NCBI GenBank assembly: GCA_009602735.1
Contig: WELA01003159.1
Span: forward strand, 116,134-156,029
Length of the DNA stretch: 39,896 bases
Source: Mesotaenium endlicherianum
Lineage: Eukaryota
Reading direction: 5' to 3'
Shown piece after piece: positions 11,401 through 24,589 of the stretch. The notes under the pieces were generated by a model. It had not been told where the DNA came from and did not search any database. It worked only from the letters and a program-made list of their open reading frames with translations. The translations under genes and the position numbers were made by a program. Numbering within the stretch: the first letter of the stretch is position 1; each line of letters starts with the position of its first letter.

Positions 11401-14400
11401 TTGGTGTGTAGGGGGCATCTCTGGCGGAGCTGGAGGCGGCGAAGGCCGCCGCCAAGCGCCAGCTGGCGGAGGCTCTGGAGGATTCCGAGCGCCAGGTGGC
11501 AGAGGCGGAGAGCGTGAGGGAGACCCTTACTGCACAGCTGGCGGAGGCGCTGACGGCCGAGGAGGCCCTGGGCGAGGAGAAGCGCCACCTGGAAGAGGCT
11601 CTGGCCTCCGCGGAGGGCCAGCTGGCGCAGGCGCAGGCCGCGAATGGGGCCGTGCTTGCGGAGAAGGGCCAGCTGGCAGAAGCTCTGAAAGCGCGGGTGG
11701 AGGAACTGACTGGGGCTGCTGCTGAGCTGGAAGAGCTCAGAGGGAAGTACAATCGCCAGCTGGCGGAGACCGACGATGTAAGGAAAGCGTTAGAGGCCGC
11801 GACGGAGGAGAGCAAGCGGCACAAGGGAGAGGGGGAGAAGCTGAGGGGGTTGCTGAAGGTGAGCAACGGCGCTGCGGAGAAGGAGAAGAGGGAGAGGGAG
11901 AAGGTTGCAAAAGAGCGGGCGCAGGAGAGGGAGCGCAGCGAGGAGGCGCGGGAGACGCTGAGCCAGGAGGTATTAAATCTGACGACGGAATTGGAAGCCT
12001 CTTCTGCAAAGTGTGGGGAGGCTGAAGAGGCCGCGCGCCTGCTCTCCGAGCAGAGCACTGAGAGGGAGGAGACGCTGCAAGAGCTGCGCAAGCAGGCCGA
12101 GGGCTTGAGGGCTGAGATCGACGAGGTGACAGGCAGACTGCGGGCGGCGGAGAGAGAGAAGGGGGAGCTGCAGGCAGCTGCTGCCGCGGCTCGGGAAGAG
12201 TGGGCCACGCGCTCAGAGGAGGTCGGCAGGCTGAAGGGAGAGGTGGAAGTCCTGAAGGCGGGGAGTGCGGAGCTGCAGGGCAACGTGGCGCGAGCGGAGG
12301 CCGCCAGGTGCTCGCTGGAGGAGGGCCAGAAGAAGCTCCGGGAAGAGCTCGAGAGAGCGGCCGGTACAGCCGGGCGGCTGGACGGCGAGCTCCAGGCAGC
12401 TGTCAAGCAGAGGGAGGCGCTTCAGGCGGAGAGGGACGAGGGGCTGGCGGGGCTGGAGAGGGCACGGCGCCAGCTGGCGGGGCTGGAGGAGCAGGCGGCT
12501 TCCGAGAAGCTGCGGCTGCAGGAGGAGGTGCGAGCGCTGGCTACCAAGCTACGCGAGGCCGGCAATGTGGGGCGGACCATGGAGGGTGAGGTGGAACGCT
12601 TGCAGGAGGAGGGCAGGAGGATGGGCGCGCAGGAGGAGAGCCTCCAGAGGGAGCTGCTGGAGGCCGTTCGGAGGGAGGGGGCCACCAGAGGGGAGATGGA
12701 GGAGCTGCAGGCAGCCCTGGGCGAGAGGGAGGGGGCCTTGCAGTCTCTGAGGGAGGAGCTAGGGGAGCTGGGCTCGCAGCGGGACAGGCTGGCGGTGGAG
12801 GTTGTGCCGGAGATGCAGCAGGAGCTGACAGGTGTGCGGGGGGAGCTGAGCGCCGTCCAGGGGGTCCTGAGGGAGCGGGAAGCCGCCATGGCGGGGCTGC
12901 AGGGGGTGCTCCAGGAGAAGAGGCTGGAGGTGGAGATCTTGGCGGGAGAGGTGAAGAAGAAGAACGAGACTGTGGAGAAGGTAAGGAAGGACCGCGAGGA
13001 GTTGAGGCGGGAGCAGGAGGGCCTCCGGACGGAGCTGCACGTGATTGGCCAGGACTTCGAGAGGGTCTTGGGGCAGCTCCAGGCGGGCGAGGAGGAGCTG
13101 GGGCTTGCGGGCGCTGAGCTGGAGCGCGTGCGCGCTGAGCGGGAGCGCCTCGCCGCTGACCTGACGCAGCGGGACGCCGAGATTGGCGGCCTGAAGGCAG
13201 CGGCGGCGGAGAGGGAGGGGAGGGTGAAAGTGTTGGAGGGAGAAGTGCAACTGGGAGGGGAGAGAGCAGATGGCGAGGAGAGGCAAAGGGCGGGGCTGAT
13301 GGAGAAGGTGCGGTTGCTCGAGCAGGCTTGCGGCGGTCTTAGGGAGGAGATAGCACAAGTGAAGGGGCAGCTGCAGGAGCGGGAGAAGGCGGCTGAGGAG
13401 CAGGCGGCGGCCTTGCTGGCGAAGACGAAGGAGCTGGAGGGGCTGACAAGTGGCATGCAGGCGAAGAGCCGGGAGATCCAGTCGCTGGCTGCCGCACACA
13501 AGTCCCTCGAGGTGAGGAAACGCCCAGATTTCTCGATTCCAACACTCCCTGCCGCTCTGTCTGTGTGGATGTTCTCTCCCACTCCTCTGCACCTCTGCAG
13601 GTCTACCAAGTGTCTGCATCCCCTTACCCCCTGAAAACTCTAGCTTGCATGGCTCTGGTCCACTCTGCCAAGCCCTTGCCTTCCGTGCGCGGGCCCCATT
13701 GTGAGGGAGTCGGGCATGCAAGCAGCGCAGACGTGAGCAGAAGGGTGGGCAATAGTAAGCACAAGAGGGGGGCGGGGGGTCATCGGCAGGAGGAGCTGGC
13801 GGCGACGAGGCAGGAGAAGGAAGCGGGCGGCAGGCGGGCGGCAGAGCTCCTCGCCGAGATGGCGGCGAAGGATGAGGCGCACTCGCTCGCCGGCCAGTCG
13901 CTGCAGGCCCAGCTCGACGAAGCCTCGCGCACGCTCGAAGCCCTCGAGTCGAAGGTGGGTGCTTTGGACGCTGAGCTCGTTCGGGAGAGAGGGGAGAAGG
14001 AAGCTTCCTGGAAGGAGCAGGCTGCTCTTCGGGAGAAAGCGGAGGAGGTCGGCAGGAGCGCAGACGCGCTGAAGGGGGAGCTGGAAGCGGCACAGGTGTC
14101 GCTGCGGGAGGTTGACGCGAGAGCTGGAGAGGCGGAGGCGAGGGTGAGAGCGCTGGAGGAGGAGCAGGCCTGGCTGTCAGAGGCCGTGGGTGGGCTGAAG
14201 GGACAGGTGGCGGCCAAGCAGGGGGAGATCGCGGGTCGAGAGGAGCGAGAGAAGGAGCTGAGGGAGAGGCTGGAGGGTGCCGAGAGGAAGAACAAGAAGT
14301 CGAGCGAGAAGGCGGGGGAGCTCATCCGCAAGCTGAGCGGGGAGAAGGAGAGTGCTCGCAACGGGCTGGCGGAGGCCCAGAAGAGGGCCGAGGAGCGGGA

Positions 14401-17400
14401 GGGGCTGCTGAAGAAAGCGATCGCAGAGGGGGAGGCCCTCAAGAGAGAGAAGAAGCAGAGGCTGGAGGAGATGGCGGGGCTAGAGAGGGGTGTAAAGGAG
14501 AAGGAGATAGAGCTAGAGAAAAAAAGGAGCGAGGCTCAGCTGCTTGCAAAGAAGGTGGCGGACGGGGAGGCCGCGCTCGCTGAGCTGGAGGCCAGCAAGG
14601 CGGCCGTCGAGCGGCACCTGGCGGACGTGGAGGCGGCGAGGTCGGCGATCCAGGCACAGGTGGCAGGGCTGGAGGAGGGCAAGGCTGCGCTGGATGGGCA
14701 GTTGGCGGAGCAGCAGGCTGCCAGACTGGCAGTTGAAGGACAGCTGGCAGAGGCACGGGAGGTAGTCGGCAGCCTAGAAGGGGAAGCGACGAGCCTGCGA
14801 CAGGTGGTGAGCGAGCACCTGGAGCAGGTGTCTAGTCTCCAGCTGGAGGTTGCTGAGCTGAGAGACGTGGCAGCCAGCCATAAGGGCCGCATAGCCCAGC
14901 AGGAGGACGAGCTGCAGGAGCACAGGGACAAGATCAGGCAGCAGGAGGGCGAGATATCGCGCCACCTGTCGGCAGTCAGCCAGCTGGATCGGCAGGTGCA
15001 GCAGCAGCAGGAGGAGCTACGGGAGCGCAGGGACCACATCGAGCAGCAGGAGGGGGAGATCTCGCGCCATGTGGCGGCCATCGGCCAGCTGGAGGGGCAG
15101 GTGCAGCAGGCCCAGGTGGCCCTGGAGAAGCAACGGGGAGACTCGGTTCGCCAGAAGGGGCTGATTGCGAAGCAGCAGGAGGTGCTCAGCAAGCAGAAGG
15201 CCGAGAGCGGGCAGCTCAAGAAGGACGCCGCACGCCTGAACCGGGAGGCCGCGACGGCCGCGGGGGAGCTCGTGCGCCTGCAGGGGAGGCTCGCTGAGCT
15301 GGAGGCTGAGGTGGCGGCCGCCCAGTCGAGCCGCGAGAGCACCGCCAGCGAGGCGAAGCGGGAGATCGAGCGGCTCAAGAAGGACCTGCAAGCCTTGGCC
15401 GAGGAGGGGCGCGGCTTGACGAGCGACGCAGCGTCTGCTGCCCAGGAGCTCGCCACGCACCGCGCCCGGCTGGCGGAGCTGGAGGCGGAGCTGGGCCGCG
15501 CAGCCGACGAGATCTCCCAGAAGGCGAGTCGCGTGGCGGAAGTGGAGCGGGAGGCCGAGCGCCTGCGGGAGGCGGCAGAGGGCAGAGAAAAGGAGCACTC
15601 AGTTGAGAGGCAGGCGTCGGCGCGGGCGCTGCAGGAGGCGGAGGAGCAGCTCTCGGCGCTCCAGGTGGCGCTTGCGGGCAAGGACGGGCAGGCGCAGGAG
15701 GCCCTGGGCCAGGTGGCGAGCCTGCAGGCGCAAGTCGCAGACCTCAGAGAGGAGGCCGCGGCTGCGAGCGCCACGCTGGAGGGCGTGAAACGCGAGGAGG
15801 AGACTGCGCGGCATAGTGCAGAAACTGCGCAGCTGGAGCTGCATGACGCGCAGGCGCGTGCGATTCGCTTGCAGGAGGAGGGTGCTCGGCTGGAGCGCGA
15901 GCTGGCGGGGCTGCGGGCCGAGGTAGCCGCGTGGGAGGCTAGGGGGGCAGACATGCGGGTCGAATTCGACCGCGAGAAGCACGAGCTGGTGGAGCGGCGG
16001 CAGGAGGACGCAGAGCGGCTGCGGGGGGCCATCGCTGAGCTGGAGGAGAAGGGGAGGGAGAGGGAGGCCGAGAGGAGGCGGGCGACGGCGCGGGCGGAGG
16101 ACGCGGAGGATCGGGTTGCCAGCCTGGAGGCGTGGATTGCGGAGACGGAGAAGGAGGCCCGGGAGAGCCTGGCGGAGGTGGAGGAGCGGGCGAAGAAGAG
16201 GGTTTCGCGCGTGGAGGAGAGGGGCCGTACCAAGCTGGCGGAGGCGCAGGCGGCGGTCGAGAGGAGGGTTGCAGAGGCGAGGGAAGAGGGGGCCGCTGAG
16301 CTGGCGGACGCGGCGGCGGCCGCCGAGAGGAGGGTTGCGGAGCTGGAGTGGGCAAGCTCCGCCAAGCTGGCGGAGGTGCGGGCGGCGGGCGACGCGAGGA
16401 TTGCGGAGGTGGAGGCGGCTGGCGCCGCCAAGCTGGCGGAGGTGCGGGAGGAGGAGAGGCGGGCGGCAGAGTCGGCCGCAAGGGAGAGCTCTGCTGAGCT
16501 GGCGGAGAAGCTGGCGAAGATGGAGCAAGACTGGGCGGCGAAGTTGGCGGAGGTTCAGCAGGAAGTGAAGGCCAAGTTGGAAGCGGCGGCGGTCGCCAGC
16601 AGGGCAGAGCTGGAAGCGGTGGAAGGGGATGCCAGCAAGAGGGAGGAGGAGGCAAGCAAGGAGCTCGAGCGAGCGCGCGCCACAGTGAATGAGCTTGGCC
16701 GCCAGCTGGCGGAAGCGGAGGAGTCCGCGGGGGGCCTGGAGGCGGAGAGGGAGCGGCTGGCGGGGCAGCTGTCGGCAGCAGAGCGCGCGCGGGCTGAGGC
16801 CGCACAACAGGTGGTGAGCCTGGAGGGCGAGAAGGAGCGGCTGGTGGCAGAGGCCGTCGAGTTTGCGGCGGTGCAGGAGGAGCTGAGGCAGTCGGTGGAC
16901 AGCCTGGGCAAGGAGGCGGAGGGGCTGGAGAGGGAGCGGCAGAGGCTGAGCTGCCAGCTGGAGGAGGGCGCAGGGGAGAGGGCGCTCCTCTCGGGACACG
17001 TGGCAGGCCTGGAGGAGGTGCGCCGGCAGCAGGCGGAGAGACTTGCCCAGCTGGAGGGCAGCCTGGAGGAGGTGCGGAGCGAGAAGCAGCGGCTGCTGAC
17101 GCAGAAGGGAGAGATTGACGCGGCCTTGCAGGAGGTCCGGGGGGAGCTGGAGGAGGTGCAGAGGGAGCGGGAGGATCTGAGGCGGCGCCTGGAGGAGAGC
17201 GAGAGGGCGGTGCAGGACGCCAGGGAGGGGCTTGAGGGGGCTAATGGACAGCTGGCGGAGGCCCAGCGGGAGGTCGGGGACGCCAGGCAGAAGCTGGAGG
17301 ACGCGCACCGCCAGCTAGCGGACGTGCAGGAGCAGCTGGGGGACGCCCGCAGGGAGCTGGAGGACGTGCGGGGACAGTTGGCGAGCTCCGGGGAAGAGCT

Positions 17401-20400
17401 GGAGCGCAGCCGGGGAGAGGCGGAGGAGGCGCGGAAGGAGCTGGAGGGAGTGAAGGGCCAGCTGGAGGACGCCAAGTGGCAGGCAGAGGAGCGCAGTCGG
17501 GATGCAGAGCAGGCGAGGGGTGAGATGCAGATGGCGTTAGAGAAGGTGGTGGAGGGGGAGGGCAGGAGCGCTGAGCTGGCGCAGCAGAACGCGGAGCTGG
17601 CGCAAGAGAAGGCGGAGTTCTCCCACGGCAACGCTGAGCTGGCGTCCCAGAACGCTGAGCTGGCGCAGCAGAATGGCGAGCTGGCACAGGAGAAGGCCGA
17701 CCTCCAGCAGGTGCTGGAGAGCATGCGCGGCGATCTGACGGACATGGTGGCCACCCTGGGGGATCTGACGGCTGAGGTGGAGCGGCTGCGCGATGAGAAC
17801 CAAGAGCTGGAGGGCACCAACTCCATGCTCCAGCTCAGCAGCCAAGGTTCCCCCCCCCCCCCCCCCCCNNNNNNNNNNNNNNNNNNNNNNNNNNNNNNNN
17901 NNNNNNNNNNNNNNNNNNNNNNNNNNNNNNNNNNCCCCCCCCCGTGCCATGTGGCAGCAGGTCACAGAGACACCAGTGCTTGCGTGCCTCCGTTCGTCCT
18001 GCATTCTTTCGTCAAGCTGTGCAGTGTGCTGAGCAAGTCTATTGCTCGGGGCCGTCGGTGTCGGTGTCATTGCATGAGATTGCTTGGGACGTGGGATTGC
18101 TGTGAGGACAGAGGTTCTGATGGTGGAGGCCGTTGCTTGCTTCCATCGCGTTTTTTAAATCATCTCTACAGCTTGAGGCTGTTCCTTGAGTCTGGGTTAT
18201 GCAGACAGTGTACTGCAGGGTCTTCACTCTCCCTCACGCCTTCCTCTGCAACCTCAAGCTAGTAACCTGAAATGGTAATCTCCTGGACACGTGTGCGCCC
18301 GAAAAAGTCAGCCTTAAGGCGGAACATCGCTTGCATTACAAGCATCCCCAAGCACCCCTCTCCAACCTGACTCCCTTTCTGCCCCTTCCCTTTCACTTTC
18401 ATCTGCCTCTTTCTCTCACCACCTGTCAAGGAGGGAGGGGGCTCGAGTGGGATATTTGGAAGTGGGGGCAAGAGTGGGCCCTATCATCTTTCGTGTGAGA
18501 GAAGTGTCTCTGATTAGTCTCTTATTAATTGCCGTGTGATAGTAAATTTTGATTGTGAATGTGATCGTGATCGCAGGCCTGGAGGAGATGGCCACGGAGG
18601 TGCAGGGGCTGGAGAGCGAGCTGGCGCGGCTGCAGGCCGACAGCAAGGCGGCCCAGGCGGAGCTGGCGGACGTGCTCCAGAAGCTGGCGGCGGGAGGACA
18701 GCTGTCGGTCCTGGGGCACCCGGCCAACCAGAGCTTGCACAAGCACCTGGCTGACGTCAGCACCAACCTCACGCTGACAGATGCCGCGCTAAGTGCCACT
18801 CTGAGCGAGCTGGAGAAGGCGAAGGAGGAGAGGGGCGAGGGGGAGCAGAGGGAGCACGCGCTGGCTGAGGAGGCCGCCTCTCTGAAGGAGAGGGTGGCAG
18901 CCATGGCCAGCGAGTTCCGAGCTTCTCTTGCAGAGAAGGACTCGAGCCTGCAGGAGCTGAGGGCCCAGCTGGCGGCGCTGCAGGAGGAGCGGGAGAGGGA
19001 TGAGAAGAGCGCTCGTGCAGGCAAAAATGTTTTGGAGGCTGCCCTCCCCGGCCGGGCAGCCCCCTCGGCCGGGCAGCTTCAGCTCGAGAGCTCGAACTTG
19101 ATAAGGGACGCGCAGATTGTGGACCAGGAGAGCGAGAAGCTGCGTGAGAGGCTGTCGGAGAGCCAGGCGAATTTAGCGGAGGCCAGGCAGAAGCTGGTGG
19201 AGGTCCAGGAGAAAGTAGCAGAGGCGTGGGCAAAGATGGACGCGGTAGTGGCGGAGGGCGCCAGGCTGGAGGGCATGGTGCGCGAGAGGGAGGGCACGAT
19301 TCGACAGCGGGACTCGGAGCTTCAGCAGGAGCGCATCGACCGGCGGCTGGAGGGCGAGGAGCGGGATCGTGCCTTTGCGCGCCAGCTGGAGGCGCGTGAA
19401 CGGGCCGTGAAGAAGGAGATGCGCCAGGTGGGCTTGCTGCCCGCCACCTGGCGGGCCGGGGGGCTTGAGAGGGGTGCCCTGTTGGCGGTGTTGCGGAGGT
19501 TTATGTGCATGCATGCCCGCCTGTATGCATGCGTGCGTGTGCGTACCCGGCTGTGCACGTGTGTGCATGCGCGTATGCGCGCCTGAGTCTCTTGCAAGTG
19601 TGTGAGGGACAATGTCTTTCCTGCGGTTATTCCGTCGATGTATCCTGGATCTGGCGTGATGACAGAAGATGGGATATCGAAAGTGGTCAACACCCTGCTA
19701 AAGCGGCTCCTGTGTATTCCGGGGGGAGGGGGGGGGNNNNNNNNNNNNNNNNNNNNNNNNNNNNNNNNNNNNNNNNNNNNNNNNNNNNNNNNNNNNNNNN
19801 NNNNNNNNNNNNNNNNNNNNNNNNNNNNNNNNNNNNNNNNNNNNNNNNNNNNNNNNNNNNNNNNNNNNNNNNNNNNNNNNNNNNNNNNNNNNNNNNNNNN
19901 NNNNNNNNNNNNNNNNNNNNNNNNNNNNNNNNNNNNNNNNNNNNNNNNNNNNNNNNNNNNNNNNNNNNNNNNNNNNNNNNNNNNNNNNNNNNNNNNNNNN
20001 NNNNNNNNNNNNNNNNNNNNNNNNNNNNNNNNNNNNNNNNNNNNNNNNNNNNNNNNNNNNNNNNNNNNNNNNNNNNNNNNNNNNNNNNNNNNNNNGGGTG
20101 TGTGTGGGAGGGGGTGTGTTTTTTTTACCACAGGCTCAGGAGCAGGAGGAGAGGGAGAGGGAGGAGGAGTGGGTGCGCCGCGAGGCCTCGTGGAAGCGCG
20201 AGCGTGAGGCGCTGAACCTCAAGCGGGAGGGCGACCGCGCCAGCATGAGCGAGAAGGAGCGCGACTGGGAGGAGCGGGAGACCCGCTGGCGCGCGCAGGA
20301 GCAGGCTTGGAGCGCGGATGCTCGGGAATGGCAGGCTCGGCAGCAGGCGTGGGACAGCCGGGACCGGGAGTGGGCTGGCAGGGAGCAGGCGATGGTGGCT

Positions 20401-23400
20401 CTGGAGCGGGAGTGGCAGGGCAGCATGGCGCAGGTTCGGGGCGACCTGGCGGAGGCTTGGGAGAGCCTTGGGAAGACGCAGCAGCAGCTGGCGGAGGCCC
20501 GGGAGGAGGTTCGGCGGCTCAAGAGCGCGGTCAGGGAGAGGGAGCAAGAGAAGGCAAAGGTGGAGGCGCGGGCGGAGGAGGTCGAGGAGAAGTTGAGGCG
20601 GGAGAGGGAGACATGGGACTTGGTAGAGAGCGAGAGGGAGAAGGAGCGGGAGAGGCAGAGGGAGAGGGAGATGGGGCGAGAGGCATCGTACGAGGGGAGG
20701 ATTTGCGAGCTGGAGGAGCAGCTGTTGGACTTGCAGGAGAAGCTGGCACAGGGCAGAAGCGGGGACGAATTGACGCTGCTGACGTCCCCGCCTGCGGGCG
20801 GCGGGGGGAGGTCTCTCGATGCGCTCGACAGGCATCACCACTCTGCGGATGCTGACGTGGCGACGCACCGGCGCTCCATCAGCCAACCTAATGGAGGAGG
20901 AGAGGGTGACGCGGGCGGTGCATGGGGGGGGGCGTCTTCCAACCGGGAAGGGGGGGAGTCAAACAAGGTCAACATGGACCCGGCGCTGATGGCACAGCTG
21001 GAGGGGTACATCGCCAGCATGGAGGCCAAATGCGTCGACTTCCAGGTGGGTGTGTATAGGGGGGGGGANNNNNNNNNNNNNNNNNNNNNNNNNNNNNNNN
21101 NNNNNNNNNNNNNNNNNNNNNNNNNNNNNNNNNNNNNNNNNNNNNNNNNNNNNNNNNNNNNNNNNNNNNNNNNNNNNNNNNNNNNNNNNNNNNNNNNNNN
21201 NNNNNNNNNNNNNNNNNNNNNNNNNNNNNNNNNNNNNNNNNNNNNNNNNNNNNNNNNNNNNNNNNNNNNNNNNNNNNNNNNNNNNNNNNNNNNNNNNNNN
21301 NNNNNNNNNNNNNNNNNNNNNNNNNNNNNNNNNNNNNNNNNNNNNNNNNNNNNNNNNNNNNNNNNNNNNNNNNNNNNNNNNNNNNNNNNNNNNNNNNNNN
21401 NNNNNNNNNNNNNNNNNNNNNNNNNNNNNNNNNNNNNNNNNNNNNNNNNNNNNNNNNNNNNNNNNNNNNNNNNNNNNNNNNNNNNNNNNNNNNNNNNNNN
21501 NNNNNNNNNNNNNNNNNNNNNNNNNNNNNNNNNNNNNNNNNNNNNNNNNNNNNNNNNNNNNNNNNNNNNNNNNNNNNNNNNNNNNNNNGAGGAGGGGGGG
21601 AGGAGGGGGGGGTGCGTGGTTTGCCACTTGTGCATCCGCACACGCACTCACTCTCTTTTCCTCTCTCACTCCCTCCCTCCTTCACGCCTCACTCCCTCCT
21701 CTACACACTCACCTCTCGCCCCTCATCCTCGCTCTTTCTCTTCTATCATACCCTCTCTCTCTTGCCGATCTTTGATTCTGTTCAGTTTCTAAGTTTGTGC
21801 TTTCATCTGTCCCCTTGATTGTCGCCCTGCCGGTTCCACAGCTTTGCTGCCACGTCAGCACGTCTGGCTCTGTCAACAACTGACTGCATTGACGTTCCGC
21901 GCGACGGGGACTGCTTGCGTTAGCAACCCCTACAGGAACCCCAAAATTCTAGTAAAAGTGGAGCTGTGTCGAAGTGGAGGCCTTCTTCTTGCGACTTTGG
22001 GCCACAAATGAGATCAGGGGGGGAGTGGCATTTGGAGGATTTGATGCTGAAGTCCAATGACCTGTACTGCTGTATGGAATCTGACACATGGCACGCCTGC
22101 GTTGGTTTTCCCCCTACGCTCTTGTAGAGAGCCCTGGAGGCAAAGTCGAGGGAGGTGAGCCAGCTGGCGGCGGCGTACGAGGCGGAGCGCGCCGCCCGCG
22201 ACGGCGCCCTCGATGCACTGCTGGGCGACATGGAGCGCGAGATCTTCACACCCGACGCTCCGGCGGGCGGCGCCGGCCCCTCGCACGGCGCNATGACCTC
22301 GTGGCTTGCTGCCCAGCGACTTGTCCACCTGTTGTTGTCCTGGCGCTGGTACAGGCGGCAGCTCTCCGGCAGCTACCAGGTGTCCTCGCCGCGACCGCCT
22401 CAGGCCTGTCGTAGCCTGCGGAGTATGTGGGGCCCTTAAATCTCATCTGCAGGGTGCCCCTGCCTACCCTCCCACCTACCGGGCAGCCGTCCTACCCCTC
22501 TGCCGGTAATGTTGTTCGAACGGAGAGAGGCTATTGGACAGCCGCCACGTGTCATGTTCCACCCTGATATGAGGCTCGGCGTGGTTGGCTGTGGGCTGAG
22601 CTGACCCGGCTCAACTGACAACATAGCTCGCGGAAGTGAGAGAGGCCGAAAAAGGTTCTCGAGTCACATCTGTTGCCCTCTGCCTTTTCTAAAAGAGGAA
22701 GGGAACTGGCAGACCTGCTGCTGCTGCTGCTGCTGCTTCGCCTCCATTGCGTGAAAGTGATTGCATTGCCCTGTTACCAGAAAGAAGCCATTGGGACAGG
22801 GTTCAAAGACTGTCTGAGGCCATGTCAGAAAAACGGGAGGACGGGAACTGGCCTAGAAGCACAGGCTGCAGTGAGGGCATGGTGCAGTTCTGAGATGCAG
22901 GAGAGGCTGCCACATGGCAAGCTCTCGTGTCTTACTGTGGGGTAGTTGCGTGTCGCATGTTGCAGGTACAGCCTCTGGGAGGGGCCAGGGGGGTGGCAGA
23001 GAGATGGCAATTGTGCCCGTGGAGGAGGGAGAGGACTACAGAGGCATGCCAGGTGGCAGCGCCCTGATGGATCTGGACGGGGAGCCAGGGTACGTGGCCT
23101 CCTGGCGTGAACACGTGGAGCACATGCCTCCCTCCCAGCATGTGCCCCAGTCACTGCACGCACTACACCATCCAGTGACGTGTGCATGTGTGCATGTATG
23201 TGTGTATATGTTTCTTTGTGTGTTAGTGTGTTCATGTGTGTGTGTGTGTGTGCGCACGCGTGCGCGTGTGCGTGCATGCGTATGTGTCTGGGGGTATGAG
23301 TTTACCAGGAGCGGCTAAGATCCTTTGCATGTGCATCTGTGGTCTTGCGCGTGCGTGCATGGGGGGACGTCTGTGCTACTACGCGTCCCTCCCCAGCCAG

Positions 23401-24557
23401 GCACGCTCTCCTCCACTTATCCGATAGCTCGTCTCACGCGCCACTCTCATCCACGCGTCTGGCCCTGCGCGCGCGACTGTCTTCCTGCAGGGGAAGCCAA
23501 GGGAGGAGGGCGGGGCTGGCCGGGTGGCTGCCCGTGGTGCACCCGTACGCGCTCTCATGGGGCGCCGCGCCCAAGAAGCAGCAGCGCTGGATGGTCACCG
23601 CCTCCTGGATTGAGGCTGTCCGCAAGGTACCCCCCCTCCCCCCCCCCCCNGCAGGATGAGGTGGCAGCGTGCAGCCCTGAGTGCCCTGTAAGCCTATCTC
23701 CCCGCCACCTGTTCCTTGCTCACATGCGTTTCTTCTCGCGTCTTCTCTCTATTCTCGTCCCGTGCCACCATCGCGCCGCAGGGCATTCTAAGAGTCTCTT
23801 CCCCAAAGCACTGCTCCCCACTCGTATTCATCGCGTCGCTTGTCAGCGGACACCCTCAGGAAAGAAGCATAAGGCTCTGTCCATACGGATTCTGTCATGC
23901 ACGAGGCTTTTGTCGCGTCTCAGGCAAAATTGTGCCGAGGAAGAACGGCTCGTGTCGCGTCGCAGCTTCCTGGCCTTTAGTCCTCTCTGAGTTTTGAGTT
24001 TGAAATGCTGGGTACCCCAACTTGCAGCCGAGCCTTTTACTCCCCCTTCACCTGCATCCACTCTCTCACCAAGTGCCTGCGCCTGCCACTCCCAAAAGAA
24101 AACCCTCCCTCCCCCCTCTTCGATTGGCTGTTGCGGCGTTCCTCTCCCGCATCGCGCGCAGCTAGCCTTTGAAGCACGAGGAGGTGTGCGCGCCATGTGC
24201 CAACCCCAGCTGCAGATGTTTCAGCTGGCTGCTGCTGCATGTGAGGACCACGGGACTCTCGAGCCTGCGGGGGTGCACTTGGCTGACACTCGGCACTCGC
24301 CAATTGGCGGGACTGACCTGGCCCACCCCAGAGTTAGGGTTCAGGACAGTCCAGGATGACGCCCCTCGCCAATCGACACAGTGATGGTGTCTCGCTCGCA
24401 ACTGGGCTGACCCTCCCTCCCTCCCTCCCTCACCCTCGCCCTTTCCCTCTACCCGGGGCTTGGTCTCCTGCAGGAGCACGCGGAGCTGAGGCAGCGGGTG
24501 GAGGTGGAGACCAAGCGCTCGGCTCTGCTGGACCAGGTTTGTGTCTTCCTCCTCCTC

Positions 24558-24589
<32 letters not shown>

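Noticed and set aside
8841..19297. Many long minus-strand ORFs (Ser/Ala- or Leu/Pro-rich, up to 631 aa)
   Set aside because: Antisense shadows of the GAG/CTG/GCG-biased coiled-coil exons; their limits track the plus-strand exons.
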